Assembly: GCA_002345725.1 (NCBI GenBank)
Contig: DDWP01000020.1
Location: forward strand, 1,433 to 65,432
DNA from: Candidatus Shapirobacteria bacterium UBA2283
GTDB taxonomy: Bacteria > Patescibacteriota > Microgenomatia > UBA12405
Direction of reading: 5' to 3'
DNA: 64,000 nucleotides
Part shown: positions 45,173 through 54,597 of the stretch, piece after piece
How the letters are laid out: each line of letters starts with the position of its first letter
Position numbering within the stretch: the first letter of the stretch is position 1
Notes under the pieces: model-generated
Seen by the model: the letters and a program-made list of their open reading frames with translations, nothing else
Told to the model about the DNA's origin: nothing
Database searches by the model: none
Position numbers and translations under genes: made by a program

Positions 45173-48100
45173 ATGGACAACTTTTTAGAACAACTAAAGA
45201 AAAACATTACCTCGTCGTTTGCCAATACCAAACAGTCAGTGGGTGATATTTTTGGTAAGGCTCAAACAAGTCTGACTAGTCTGGTGCGTGGTGGTCAACA
45301 AAAAGTTGATGAGGTTATTAAACCACTGCAATACGATATCGCAATCTCTGGCCCAACAAGTGGAAGCTACAAACCGTTCAAGAATTTATATTTGGAGACG
45401 GCAGCCCAAGCGTTAGGAGTTGGAGCTCGGGACACTGATGTTTTGGAGAGATTGCCCAGTGCAACTTTTGGTGCACTTAAGGGTGCTGGCAATGGATTAG
45501 GTGAAGCGTTGTCGTTTGGTTGGTGGAAACCAGAAATAAAGTATGCCGATGATATAGAAAAACAAGCTGGTGACATGACTGAGATTGAGTTCAACGTCTT
45601 GGGAACCATTGGAACGTTTTTGGTTGGTGGCGAATTGGTCCAAGGAGCTTTGCGCGGTGTGCCCCTTCTGGCACGGGTAGCAACTGTCGCTCCTAGAACT
45701 TTCAATGTGTTATCTACTGGGCTGACGTTTGCTGGACTCACTCAAATTCAAAAAGATGAAGCGCAAAAGAATGCATTACAGCGAGCAAAAGATTTTATGG
45801 GTGATTTTGCTCTCGGTGGAGCCTTCTCAATTGCCGGAATGAAAACATCATTTCTGAAGTCATCAGCCATTATCGGTCCAGCAACTTATGTCACCTCACT
45901 TCTAAAAGGAGAGTCAAACGGTGATGCGCTTAAAGATACAGCAGCCATGATGGGGCTCCACTCCCTTAATTTCGCGGTGGCTAAGTTTCTACCTAATGGA
46001 TCAGAAATAGAAAATCGAATAGAAAAAGCGGCCAGTGAGCAGCTCAAAATAACAAAGGCTGAAGCCATGGAGTATCTGGGCATTAGTGACAAAGCTACTG
46101 CTCAGGAGATGAAACAAGCCTGGAAGAATAAGGTGGTTGATATTACTAAGCGCTTCCCAGCTCAGGCCAATCAAACACCACAAGAAATGGGAGTATTTAA
46201 TCAAGCTTGGAATACTGCCAACAGAGCCTATGAGTTTTTAGCTAAAGTCAGTAACCCAGAGGGTTATACAGGGAAATCATTCGCTCAAGAGTTTCAAGAT
46301 CTATATTACCAACTCTGGAGAGATGTTCCCGATAAGCGTTCTGCGATTGTCAAAGCCGTCCGTAGTTTACCTGCGGGACTGTCAGTTCGGGCTACTCTTA
46401 ATGATGGCCAGCGTAATGAAATTGTTTCGGCGCTTGGTGGTGAAGGGGCACAAACGAGACTGGGGAAAGTGGCGGAACTGACTGATGCAGATTTGGTGTC
46501 AGTGGCCATGGAAAACAAAATAAAAGTGACTCCTTCAAAACCCGCAGTCACTGAAGAGTTGGATATAAGCACTGAAACATATAAGCATGGCACACCTGTG
46601 CCAGATAAAATTTTGAAGGAAGGTTTTAGTTTAGTAAAAACAGGTGAAACGAGCGGTTATGGAGGTGTTATGGGTAGAGGTATTTACCTTGATCTCACTC
46701 CCGAAGGCGAAGGGGCAAAACTGTACGGTACAGTTGTTGATGCAAAGATTAAAAAGGGGCTGAATTTATTCGAGTGGTCAGGAAAACTTGATGAATTGTA
46801 CACAGAAGCTACAAAGTATGGAGATCCAGAAACAATAACCGATGTTTTACTTAAGAAGGGATATGACGGAGTAAAGGGATTGAATCAAATGGTGATTTTT
46901 GACCCAAAAAATGTCGTACCAGTTGTAGACGGAAAACCTACTGTCACCTCAAAAATATCTTTGTCACCACAAGAACAAAAAGCTGTCAAAGCGGCCGAGA
47001 TCCGAGATAAATATATAACACCAGAAGAAAAAGAATTGGCAGATGCGGAAAAGATTCCTAGTATCGGGGACATTCTCCAGTCATCAAGCTTTCAGGACAG
47101 ATTACAAGGAAAAGTAATTGCGCCGACCACCCCGAGAGCTGATCAATTGAGAGAACCACCTTCCGGTAAACCGCCTCGTTCACCTCAGGAGATCTCCTTA
47201 AACGACGCCCCACCTTCACCTGAAGGCAGTGCCTTGGATGAGATCGATAAAATGGTTGGCAAGATCTCAACCGCAAAGTCGATTCTGGGAAATGTAAAGG
47301 ATGCAATTCAATCTTTCCCACGAATGTTTACTGACCGCTTTGCTCCCATTAAACAATTTGAGGATCAAATTACCAAACTTCAAGGACAGCCAATTGATAT
47401 TGATTCCAGTCCATATGTGGCAGCCAGAATGTATGCTGGTCGCTTTGGAATTGTTGAGGGAAGCTTCAAAGATTTATATAACATCATACAGCCGGTTCGA
47501 AAGCTTCGAGCTGACTTTACTCGATTTGTTTTGTCCGAACGCGCTATTGAACGAGGAGAGCGAGGGTTTGATAACCCAAATGGAGTTACAAAGGAAACTG
47601 CAGAGCAAGCACTCGTCGAGCTAAAAGATAAAGTAGGTGACAAGGCCTTCAAAGCCTTCGAGCAGGTCGGCCAGGGAATTCAAAATTGGTCCATTAAATC
47701 AATTCTCCAGCCGATGAAAGATGCCGGAATCCTGGGTAAAGAAGCTTTTACTTCAATTATTGAGAACAATAAAAAATGGATGCCATTCCATGTTTTGGAA
47801 TATATGCCCTCAATTGAGCAAGCCGATCACATGGCGGTAGGAAGCGAAACGTTTTCAGTAAGTAAACAAGGCATCGTTAAATCTCTAGAAGGAACTGAGA
47901 AAATCATCCGTGATCCATTTATGTCGATCGTGGATAACCTGACAAAGTCGGTAAGTCTGATAGAACGTAATAAAGTAGCCCAGAAACTCATTGAACTGAG
48001 AAATAGCCATCCAGATACAGCTAAAGAGTTTATAAAGTTTTTACCGGATGGTCTGCGACCACCACCAGAATGGGAAGCGATTAGTGTCTTTATTGATGGC

Positions 48101-49798
48101 AAAGTAACCAAGTGGGCGGTTCCCAAAGATCTCTCAGAAGCCATGCATGCCCTGTCACCGGCTGAAACCGGTTTAATGGGTAAAATGATCCTAGCTTCTT
48201 CGAAAGTCTTCAAAGCCGGAACCACCTCACTCTATTTCCCTTTTACTCTTTCAAACGCCATTCGGGATTACCAAACTGCCACAATCGTTTCCAAATGGGG
48301 TTTCAATCCGGCCAACTGGCTGTCGGGATTTAAGGATGGTCTAAAAGCTGCCTTTAAGTTTGACTCCAAAGCCTACGACGAATTTATGACTAACAAAGGT
48401 GGTTATGGTGGTTACATCGAATCAGCCAAGGGGCTAGCTGTTGCCTCTGAACAACTTTTCACCCCTGAGTGGATGAATCGAGCAAAAATTGTCGTCAATC
48501 CATTTCAACTGATTAGTACCTTCTCGGAAGCGATCGAGCTGGCTCCACGACTCGGAGTTTATAAAAAAGGAATCGCTCAGGGTGCAACCCAACTAGAAGC
48601 TGCCTATGAAGCTCGGAATGTGACGGTAGATTTTGCTAAAGCCGGAATTGAGGGTCGACTCATCAATATGTGGATTCCTTTCGTGAATGCCCGTTGGCAA
48701 GGGCTTCTCACCATCGGCCGAGTAATGAAAGAGAATCCAATCAGAACGACGGCTCGTGCTTTGGCATTGACGGTCCTACCTGGTGTGGCTACTTACTTTT
48801 ATAACGTCATGACCCATGAAGATCTTTGGGACGATATTCCTCAATGGGCTAAAGATACTTATTTTATTATGATCGTAGGTGAAGGCCAGGATAGTCAGGG
48901 CAATCGGGTACCAAAAGTGGTTCAGATTCCCAAGGGCGATATGGGAACGATTTTCTTCAACCCGTTAATGTATGCGTTGGAGTATGTCCGAAAACAAGAG
49001 CCAACCAACCTCTTCAAACTAGGTCTGGAGTGGATGAGCCAATTATCGCCGGTTGCGTTTACCAGAGATGGAGAATTGTCGGCTCAGTCCTTCCTTGGTA
49101 GCGCCCTGCCTCCAGCATTAAAGGTGCCGTTGGAACTAGCGACAAACACTAATCTTTTCACCGGATTCCCAATTGTCCCACAACGTCTCGAGAAAGTGGC
49201 TCCAACGGAACAATATGACGAAAAAACGCCACAAGTCGCCGTTACGGTTGGACGAGCTTTGGGCATCAGCCCGATGAAGCTGACCCATGCTATTTCCGGA
49301 CTTGCCGGAAGCTTCTCTCGCCAAGTGATGAACCCGGCCGATATCATCAACCTCACCACTCAGCGCTTCTATCGGCTTCAGGGTGGGCAAAAACAACAAG
49401 CTGCCTGGGATATTAAGTACGATGCCGAAGTCGGTTATAACACCACACGGCTACAGATGAAACGATTGATCGAGCAAGGCAAGCTGCAGGAAGCTCAACA
49501 GATGGCCCTCAAATGGAACCAGGAGGCAGGAAAGCTCATTCCCGAGGTTGTACCACTCTTAATGAAAGATGACCCCAAGGAAGCGGCGTTATTCCAAAGT
49601 AGCATCACCTTTGATGCTGCAGATTTACAGCGACTCTTAAAAACAACTCTCCCTGGTGGAGTTCCGGAAAATACTGGAACTGATCAAACACTAATCCCGC
49701 TTCAACCTGGACTTAATACTAATTCGACCATGGGACAACTATTCCAGGGTGGTCAACAAAATAGTGGTGACACTATAAGGAGGTTAATTTACAAATGA
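45173..49798 (+). CDS. giant (1541 aa) virion/ejection-type polyvalent protein with embedded ADP-ribosyltransferase-like domain
   Basis: Hydrophobic Gly/Ala-rich N-terminal segments; internal KHGTPVP...GYGGVMGRGIYLDL...GLNQMVIFDPKNV resembles the H-Y-[EDQ] ART motif triad. Confidence 0.45.
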   Translation: MDNFLEQLKKNITSSFANTKQSVGDIFGKAQTSLTSLVRGGQQKVDEVIKPLQYDIAISGPTSGSYKPFKNLYLETAAQALGVGARDTDVLERLPSATFGALKGAGNGLGEALSFGWWKPEIKYADDIEKQAGDMTEIEFNVLGTIGTFLVGGELVQGALRGVPLLARVATVAPRTFNVLSTGLTFAGLTQIQKDEAQKNALQRAKDFMGDFALGGAFSIAGMKTSFLKSSAIIGPATYVTSLLKGESNGDALKDTAAMMGLHSLNFAVAKFLPNGSEIENRIEKAASEQLKITKAEAMEYLGISDKATAQEMKQAWKNKVVDITKRFPAQANQTPQEMGVFNQAWNTANRAYEFLAKVSNPEGYTGKSFAQEFQDLYYQLWRDVPDKRSAIVKAVRSLPAGLSVRATLNDGQRNEIVSALGGEGAQTRLGKVAELTDADLVSVAMENKIKVTPSKPAVTEELDISTETYKHGTPVPDKILKEGFSLVKTGETSGYGGVMGRGIYLDLTPEGEGAKLYGTVVDAKIKKGLNLFEWSGKLDELYTEATKYGDPETITDVLLKKGYDGVKGLNQMVIFDPKNVVPVVDGKPTVTSKISLSPQEQKAVKAAEIRDKYITPEEKELADAEKIPSIGDILQSSSFQDRLQGKVIAPTTPRADQLREPPSGKPPRSPQEISLNDAPPSPEGSALDEIDKMVGKISTAKSILGNVKDAIQSFPRMFTDRFAPIKQFEDQITKLQGQPIDIDSSPYVAARMYAGRFGIVEGSFKDLYNIIQPVRKLRADFTRFVLSERAIERGERGFDNPNGVTKETAEQALVELKDKVGDKAFKAFEQVGQGIQNWSIKSILQPMKDAGILGKEAFTSIIENNKKWMPFHVLEYMPSIEQADHMAVGSETFSVSKQGIVKSLEGTEKIIRDPFMSIVDNLTKSVSLIERNKVAQKLIELRNSHPDTAKEFIKFLPDGLRPPPEWEAISVFIDGKVTKWAVPKDLSEAMHALSPAETGLMGKMILASSKVFKAGTTSLYFPFTLSNAIRDYQTATIVSKWGFNPANWLSGFKDGLKAAFKFDSKAYDEFMTNKGGYGGYIESAKGLAVASEQLFTPEWMNRAKIVVNPFQLISTFSEAIELAPRLGVYKKGIAQGATQLEAAYEARNVTVDFAKAGIEGRLINMWIPFVNARWQGLLTIGRVMKENPIRTTARALALTVLPGVATYFYNVMTHEDLWDDIPQWAKDTYFIMIVGEGQDSQGNRVPKVVQIPKGDMGTIFFNPLMYALEYVRKQEPTNLFKLGLEWMSQLSPVAFTRDGELSAQSFLGSALPPALKVPLELATNTNLFTGFPIVPQRLEKVAPTEQYDEKTPQVAVTVGRALGISPMKLTHAISGLAGSFSRQVMNPADIINLTTQRFYRLQGGQKQQAAWDIKYDAEVGYNTTRLQMKRLIEQGKLQEAQQMALKWNQEAGKLIPEVVPLLMKDDPKEAALFQSSITFDAADLQRLLKTTLPGGVPENTGTDQTLIPLQPGLNTNSTMGQLFQGGQQNSGDTIRRLIYK

Positions 49799-50898
49799 AA
49801 CAACTAACACTGCCCGTAACTTTTAGTCAAAACGACAGTCGATGGAAAACTAGTCCTTTAGGAACCAGAGGCACGATTGGCTCATATGGTTGCTTGGAGA
49901 ACGATGCAACTATGGTAGCCAATTATTATGGCTTTCAAGAGACTCCACTTACCTTAAACGAGAAACTGACCAACAATGCCGGATATCAGGATGGCAATAA
50001 ATTCGTCTGGAGTGTATTTGCTCGATTATTTGGTCTGAAGTATTCTGGTCAATGGTCCAATGCGGGAGCACTAACTCAAACCCAGATGGATCAAATCAGA
50101 AAAGCCATTGATAATGGATATCCCGTTTTTCTACAGATCGACACAATTCCTTTAACATCTGCCCTTGATGAACACTGGATCCTAGCAATTGGCTATGAGG
50201 GTGACGACTTTCTGGTTCAGGATCCTTGGGATGGAGCGACTAAACGAATCACCAGCTGGGGTGTCACTCCTCAAAAACTGATCTATGCCTGGTGTTGGTT
50301 TGAAGGGAAACCAGCTCAGGTCGATGTGGCCGTAGGATGTCTGGTCCCAAATACTCCGGAGTGGCGTACCAAGTATGAGCAAATTGTGGCTTTAGCTACC
50401 AAGTGGGCTGATACCCTTAAGGTTTTGGAGATTACCGACGACCCTAACACTACCCCTACCGACAAAATTAAGAGCATCCTGGCAGGGTATAAAAGTCGTG
50501 AAACTGACCTATCTAACAAGCTAAATGATAAACAGGGCTTGCTCGACAATGCCAATAAGGAGATTGAGAACAGAACCGAACAGGTAAGCAGACTCGAGGG
50601 TGATCTGCTAGAGAAGGATAAATACTATAAATCCCTAGTTGACGCACTAAATAAGCAGGTCAAAAACGGCTCAGATGCCCTACCCTTGGCTCAGGCTAGA
50701 GTTGGGGTGCTTGAGGGGGAACTGGATGAAGCCAATAAAGCCAAGGGCCGTGCCTTGTTGGATGCCCAGCAAAACAAAAGCCAGCTGGAAGCCTGTCAAA
50801 AGGGAATCATTACGCCCACTCCTCAACTAATTATGAAGATGACCATTCAATACATTACAAATTTAGTAACCAAAAAAGGAGGTGAGAATAATGGATAA
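49795..50898 (+). CDS. peptidase C39-like (papain-fold) cell-wall hydrolase, putative endolysin
   Basis: FSQNDSRW...GSYGCLENDATMVANYYG (Cys motif), DEHWILAIGYEGDDFLVQDPWDG (His/Asp); followed by holin genes; C-terminal coiled-coil. Confidence 0.5.
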   Translation: MKQLTLPVTFSQNDSRWKTSPLGTRGTIGSYGCLENDATMVANYYGFQETPLTLNEKLTNNAGYQDGNKFVWSVFARLFGLKYSGQWSNAGALTQTQMDQIRKAIDNGYPVFLQIDTIPLTSALDEHWILAIGYEGDDFLVQDPWDGATKRITSWGVTPQKLIYAWCWFEGKPAQVDVAVGCLVPNTPEWRTKYEQIVALATKWADTLKVLEITDDPNTTPTDKIKSILAGYKSRETDLSNKLNDKQGLLDNANKEIENRTEQVSRLEGDLLEKDKYYKSLVDALNKQVKNGSDALPLAQARVGVLEGELDEANKAKGRALLDAQQNKSQLEACQKGIITPTPQLIMKMTIQYITNLVTKKGGENNG

Positions 50899-51154
50899 CA
50901 TATATCCCGAATGGAAGAAAGTCGCTTGGAGGTTTCTCCGAGTGTTTATATCAGCCTTTTTATTCACCGGATCGATGGTGTTGATAAACGCCCAGCCAGT
51001 AGCACTGAGTAGTTGGGACAAATTTCTCAATACTCTGATATTGCCATTTTTATTGGCAGGTGGGGTGGCTGGCTTAAATGCAGTAGGAAAACTTTTGAGA
51101 GATTTGTTTGGCACTGAGGATCAAACAGGCCTCGTCGACAAATTACCATTCTAA
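50882..51154 (+). CDS. holin (two TM helices)
   Basis: TM1 FLRVFISAFLFTGSMVLI, TM2 FLNTLILPFLLAGGVAGLNAV; SD AAAGGAGGTGAGAATA; overlaps the endolysin gene end. Confidence 0.6.
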   Translation: MRIMDNIYPEWKKVAWRFLRVFISAFLFTGSMVLINAQPVALSSWDKFLNTLILPFLLAGGVAGLNAVGKLLRDLFGTEDQTGLVDKLPF

Positions 51155-51159
51155 GCACT

Positions 51160-51411
51160 ATGAATAACAATAGCCAATCCACTGACACAAATATGAGAGA
51201 AAGAATTGCCAAGCTCGAGGAACGAGTGGACGGTGGATTGGGTTATATCAATAAAGAGCTGGTGGAAATTAAAGAGAACCATCTCTATCACCTACAAGCC
51301 GATGTAACGGATTTGAAAATGAAGGTTAATACTCTAGCGGTGAAAGTAAGTGTGGGAGTAGCAATTGCGACAATTCTAATCGATTTAGTTTTTCGCTTCC
51401 TACTGAAGTAG
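51160..51411 (+). CDS. XhlA-like lysis-associated protein
   Basis: N-terminal coiled-coil RIAKLEERVDG plus C-terminal TM VSVGVAIATILIDLVF. Confidence 0.45.
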   Translation: MNNNSQSTDTNMRERIAKLEERVDGGLGYINKELVEIKENHLYHLQADVTDLKMKVNTLAVKVSVGVAIATILIDLVFRFLLK

Positions 51412-51412
51412 T

Positions 51413-51715
51413 TTATTGGCCTTTTTTCTCTTTCTTGGTATCTGGCTCAAGTAAATTGTGGAGATCCTTAGTGAAGCCATCAAAGGCATTGGCATTTAAA
51501 ACGGTGAAATAGGTGGATCCAGGAACACCAGTAAAGACTAAAGTATCACCAGGCTGAATGTTCTGGGCTTTTCTTAGTTTGGCAGGTATAACGAGCTGAC
51601 CGCGTGAACTTACCGGCGACGTACCGAATACAACGGTCTTAGCTGACTTTTTATCTTTTGGCTTACTTTTATCGTTCATATTTGAAATCAACTTGCTTTG
51701 AGACAGGTAAAGCAA
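51413..51715 (-). CDS. AbrB/MazE/SpoVT-type DNA-binding domain protein
   Basis: SSRGQLVIPAKLRKAQNIQPGDTLVF swapped-hairpin motif; probable start MNDKSKP. Confidence 0.55.
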   Translation of the reverse strand: MLYLSQSKLISNMNDKSKPKDKKSAKTVVFGTSPVSSRGQLVIPAKLRKAQNIQPGDTLVFTGVPGSTYFTVLNANAFDGFTKDLHNLLEPDTKKEKKGQ

Positions 51716-52015
51716 TTCCCTATAATTAAGAATATTCTTTAATTACAGTAGTCGTATTATACAATAAATCAGTGTCGAGAAGCACGAAGACTGGAAAATG
51801 ACAGAAAGATACAGTAACAACCTTGTACAGACAGGGGTTAAGAAGTAGAATATACACAGGGTCGACGGTATGTAATGAAAGAATCGATACCCATTCGTTC
51901 TTTAAGCACATTAAGTTTGAGTTCCAAATCAGGAGTGATTAAGGAACGGAGGTTCGAGCTGAGTACCGTCCCCAGCTCACTTATGAGAAGCGACTTATTC
52001 TTTGTGAATTTCTAA

Positions 52016-52453
52016 GTGGTAGAAAATGTGTTAATTAAAGTAATGAAAAATGAGTCTAGTGTCAGTTCTGGAGGAGTGGTAATAAATAGTCTTGGCCAGA
52101 TCCTGGTTGTTAAACAACTGGGTGATACGTGGTCTTTACCCAAAGGACATGTGAACGAGGATGAAGACATTTTGGTGGCTGCTCAGAGAGAGGTATCTGA
52201 AGAGTCAGGTGTTTCTGACTTGGAGTTGGTTAAGGGTTTGGGTTTTTACTATAGACCAAGAATTGATAAGCCGGAAGAAATAAAAAAGATCTATATGTTT
52301 TTGTTTATAACCTATTGCAGTGAGTTGTTGCCTAAAGATGATGACAACAAAGAAGCAGTGTGGTTGAATATGGCTGAGGCTGTGGATAGGTTGTCAGCAA
52401 AAAAAGATAAAGAGTTTTTGATGAAGGTGGCTAGAGAGAACAATTTAGGTTAA
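52016..52453 (+). CDS. NUDIX hydrolase
   Basis: Nudix box [23 protein letters not shown]. Confidence 0.8.
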   Translation: MVENVLIKVMKNESSVSSGGVVINSLGQILVVKQLGDTWSLPKGHVNEDEDILVAAQREVSEESGVSDLELVKGLGFYYRPRIDKPEEIKKIYMFLFITYCSELLPKDDDNKEAVWLNMAEAVDRLSAKKDKEFLMKVARENNLG

Positions 52454-52467
52454 AATAAGAGGAAATT

Positions 52468-52549
52468 GTCGCTGTGGTGAAATTGGTATACACGTACGTC
52501 TCAGAAGCGTATGGAGCAATCCGTGGAGGTTCGATTCCTCTCAGCGACA
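52468..52549 (+). tRNA. tRNA-Leu (anticodon CAG)
   Basis: GTCGCTGTGGTGAAATTGGTATACACGTACGTCTCAGAAGCGTA...GGTTCGATTCCTCTCAGCGACA; loop CTCAGAA; long variable arm. Confidence 0.75.
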
Positions 52550-52610
52550 CATTTAGTTAATAACTACGAATTAACAATTATAAATTAATTGGTATAATAA
52601 CTTTACTTCC

Positions 52611-52682
52611 GCCGAAGTAGCCAAGATGGTCACGGCACTGGTCTGAAAAACCTGGGATGTTGGTCCGAGTCCAACCTTCGGC
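52611..52682 (+). tRNA. tRNA-Phe (anticodon GAA), imperfect anticodon stem
   Basis: GCCGAAGTAGCCAAGATGGTCACGGCACTGGTCTGAAAACCTGG...GTTGGTCCGAGTCCAACCTTCGGCA; loop CTGAAAA is the canonical Phe loop; the anticodon stem has one mismatch and two wobbles. Confidence 0.55.
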
Positions 52683-52708
52683 ACATTGTATTGAAATATT
52701 AATAATTT

Positions 52709-52781
52709 GCGAGAGTAGCTCAATTGGTTGAGCATCTCCTTGCCAAGGAGAAGGTTGCGGGTTCGAGTCCCGTCTCTCGCT
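52709..52781 (+). tRNA. tRNA-Gly (anticodon GCC)
   Basis: GCGAGAGTAGCTCAATTGGTTGAGCATCTCCTTGCCAAGGAGAAGGTTGCGGGTTCGAGTCCCGTCTCTCGCT. Confidence 0.8.
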
Positions 52782-52844
52782 CAAAATAATCCTCCTTTTG
52801 ATATGTTTAGGGGGATTTTTGTTGGTATAATAGCCTTAGCTTAA

Positions 52845-52917
52845 GGCTGTTTAGCTCAGTTGGTAGAGCATCCCGTTTACATCGGGGCGGTCGGGAGTTC
52901 GAGTCTCTCAACAGCCA
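52845..52917 (+). tRNA. tRNA-Val (anticodon TAC)
   Basis: GGCTGTTTAGCTCAGTTGGTAGAGCATCCCGTTTACATCGGGGCGGTCGGGAGTTCGAGTCTCTCAACAGCCA. Confidence 0.8.
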
Positions 52918-52954
52918 CTTGGCTTGATATAATAAGCCTGTCCTTTGACAATCT

Positions 52955-53039
52955 GCCGTCGTGGTGAAATTGGTATACACGTACGCTTGAGGTGCGTATG
53001 CCGCAAGGTGTGGAGGTTCAAGTCCTCTCGACGGCACCA
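52955..53039 (+). tRNA. tRNA-Leu (anticodon GAG), CCA encoded
   Basis: GCCGTCGTGGTGAAATTGGTATACACGTACGCTTGAGGTGCGTATGCCGCAAGGTGTGGAGGTTCAAGTCCTCTCGACGGCACCA. Confidence 0.8.
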
Positions 53040-53089
53040 GTATCTACTGAACAGAAATTTTATTCATAATAATGTTTTTGTTTATCTTT

Positions 53090-53158
53090 GCCCCGTCGTC
53101 TAATGGTAGGACAGCAGCCTTTGGAGCTGTTTATTGTGGTTCAAATCCATGCGGGGCA
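53090..53158 (+). tRNA. tRNA-Gln (anticodon TTG), compact
   Basis: GCCCCGTCGTCTAATGGTAGGACAGCAGCCTTTGGAGCTGTTTATTGTGGTTCAAATCCATGCGGGGCA; acceptor GCCCCGT/GCGGGGC. Confidence 0.7.
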
Positions 53159-53281
53159 ACAAAATAGAACACTGAGGTTTTGATGATGAATAATAATTGG
53201 ATATTTCCGATAGACTGTGCAGTTCGAAAGTCTTGTCCTTATTTTTGATTAGTTTTAGTTGTGTTGAGTTATAATTGAATA

Positions 53282-53881
53282 ATGACTCGATTTTCTAAAT
53301 ATAGGAATAGAATAATAGTGGTAATAATGTGCTTTTTGGTTGCTCCTTTTATTTATTGGTATTTTGGACCTAGAGTTTGCTCTATTAGCCGTCTTGGAGT
53401 GCAGTTCTTGTGTTCTAGGGGTACAGTTATCCAATATTGGCCAAATATATTTGAAAATGAATTTGTTCTAGTAAATCCTTCCACAGCTATTATTGATGAG
53501 TATCAGAATTCTGATGAGAACATGTATAAGACTGGAGTGGTTATTTCTCGCTATCACCTTTTGGATGACCAACTAAGTATAAAAACAGCAAGAGATTTGG
53601 TTGAATATGAATTGCTTCAGCAGACAATGGTGGAAAAGAATGGCCAACCGCCGGTTGTGCCTGGTTCAGGGAAGTTGTTGTTGAACGTATCTCCATCTTT
53701 GTCCCAATGGGATGGTGTGGTTGTTCAGGAAATTGTTGGTGGAGGTAACGTTTATATTAATGTTAAAGATGGTTATGTTTATAAGCTTCAAGTGAATCAA
53801 GGAAAATCTTTTTCAGATTTGGAACTGAATCAAATATTATCATCATTTAGATGGAGCATAAAAAATGAAAGAAAAGAATAA
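53282..53881 (+). CDS. membrane-anchored hypothetical protein
   Basis: N-terminal TM IIVVIMCFLVAPFIYWYF; 199 aa. Confidence 0.45.
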   Translation: MTRFSKYRNRIIVVIMCFLVAPFIYWYFGPRVCSISRLGVQFLCSRGTVIQYWPNIFENEFVLVNPSTAIIDEYQNSDENMYKTGVVISRYHLLDDQLSIKTARDLVEYELLQQTMVEKNGQPPVVPGSGKLLLNVSPSLSQWDGVVVQEIVGGGNVYINVKDGYVYKLQVNQGKSFSDLELNQILSSFRWSIKNERKE

Positions 53882-54188
53882 GATGAATAATCATCGTCTA
53901 GTTGCTGGAATTATCGGGTGTATTCCGATTGTGGGTGTGGTTGGTTTTTTTACTCTTCTTATGTCTGCTTTTTCGACTGATGCCCCAGGACAAGATAATA
54001 GCTCTGCTGTTGCGATTTTATTTAGTATTTATCTATCTTTGAGTGCAGTTTATGTTTTTGTTTTTGGAATATCACCTGAAATACTTTGGTCTAAAAGTCA
54101 TAAGAATTGGGCACGATTGTTGTGGGTAATATCTTTACTTGTAAATTTGTGGTTAGTGTTATTTTTTAAAAATGGTTTTTATAATTGA
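53865..54188 (+). CDS. small integral membrane protein
   Basis: Three predicted hydrophobic helices; 107 aa. Confidence 0.45.
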   Translation: MKEKNKMNNHRLVAGIIGCIPIVGVVGFFTLLMSAFSTDAPGQDNSSAVAILFSIYLSLSAVYVFVFGISPEILWSKSHKNWARLLWVISLLVNLWLVLFFKNGFYN

Positions 54189-54224
54189 TTTAATGTTTAT
54201 GAAGAGACTGGAATAACATAGACT

Positions 54225-54557
54225 ATGTACGTAGTGTATATATTAAGAACTAATGGAAATACCTTATATACCGGACAGACAAATAATTTGGAAAAGAGAC
54301 TGATACAACATCGAGAAGGTAAGGGTGCTAAGTATATGAGAAAGTTTAAGTATTTTATACTTGTTTACACTGAAGAGGTTAGTTCTCTGTCGTTGGCGCT
54401 GAAGAGGGAGTGGGAGATAAAGAAGATGGTGAAGGTGAAGAAGGAGGATCTGGTAAGACAAGGGGCTGTGATTCGAGACGATCAAGGACAGTCCAGTCTA
54501 TACTTTGATGGGCTAAATAGCCAGCGTAAGAAAGAAGTGTTAAAAAAACAAAAATAA
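54225..54557 (+). CDS. GIY-YIG nuclease domain protein (UPF0213-like)
   Basis: YVVYILRTNGNTLYTGQTNNLEKRLIQHREG matches the GIY...YIG core. Confidence 0.7.
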   Translation: MYVVYILRTNGNTLYTGQTNNLEKRLIQHREGKGAKYMRKFKYFILVYTEEVSSLSLALKREWEIKKMVKVKKEDLVRQGAVIRDDQGQSSLYFDGLNSQRKKEVLKKQK

Positions 54558-54597
54558 TTAGGTACCCAAAAAAATCTAATTTTTCAATAGTCATTGT

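Noticed and set aside
45367-49399. Multiple 60-130-aa minus-strand ORFs inside the 1541-aa gene
   Set aside because: All are antisense or nested within a single uninterrupted 4.6-kb plus-strand ORF with SD and operon context; regarded as noise.
51900-52000. tRNA-like fragment or attR (GGAGGTTCGAGCTGAGTACCGTCCCCAGCTCA) upstream of the NUDIX gene
   Set aside because: A superficial T-loop-like GGTTCGAGC, but no complementary T-stem or acceptor; no convincing match to the tRNA-Gly(TCC) 3' half. This is insufficient to call an att site.
52578-53037. Two minus-strand ORFs (68 and 76 aa) in the tRNA array
   Set aside because: They overlap the Phe, Gly, Val and Leu tRNA genes on the opposite strand; translations are tRNA-antisense artefacts (for example GWTRTN, RDSNSRPP).
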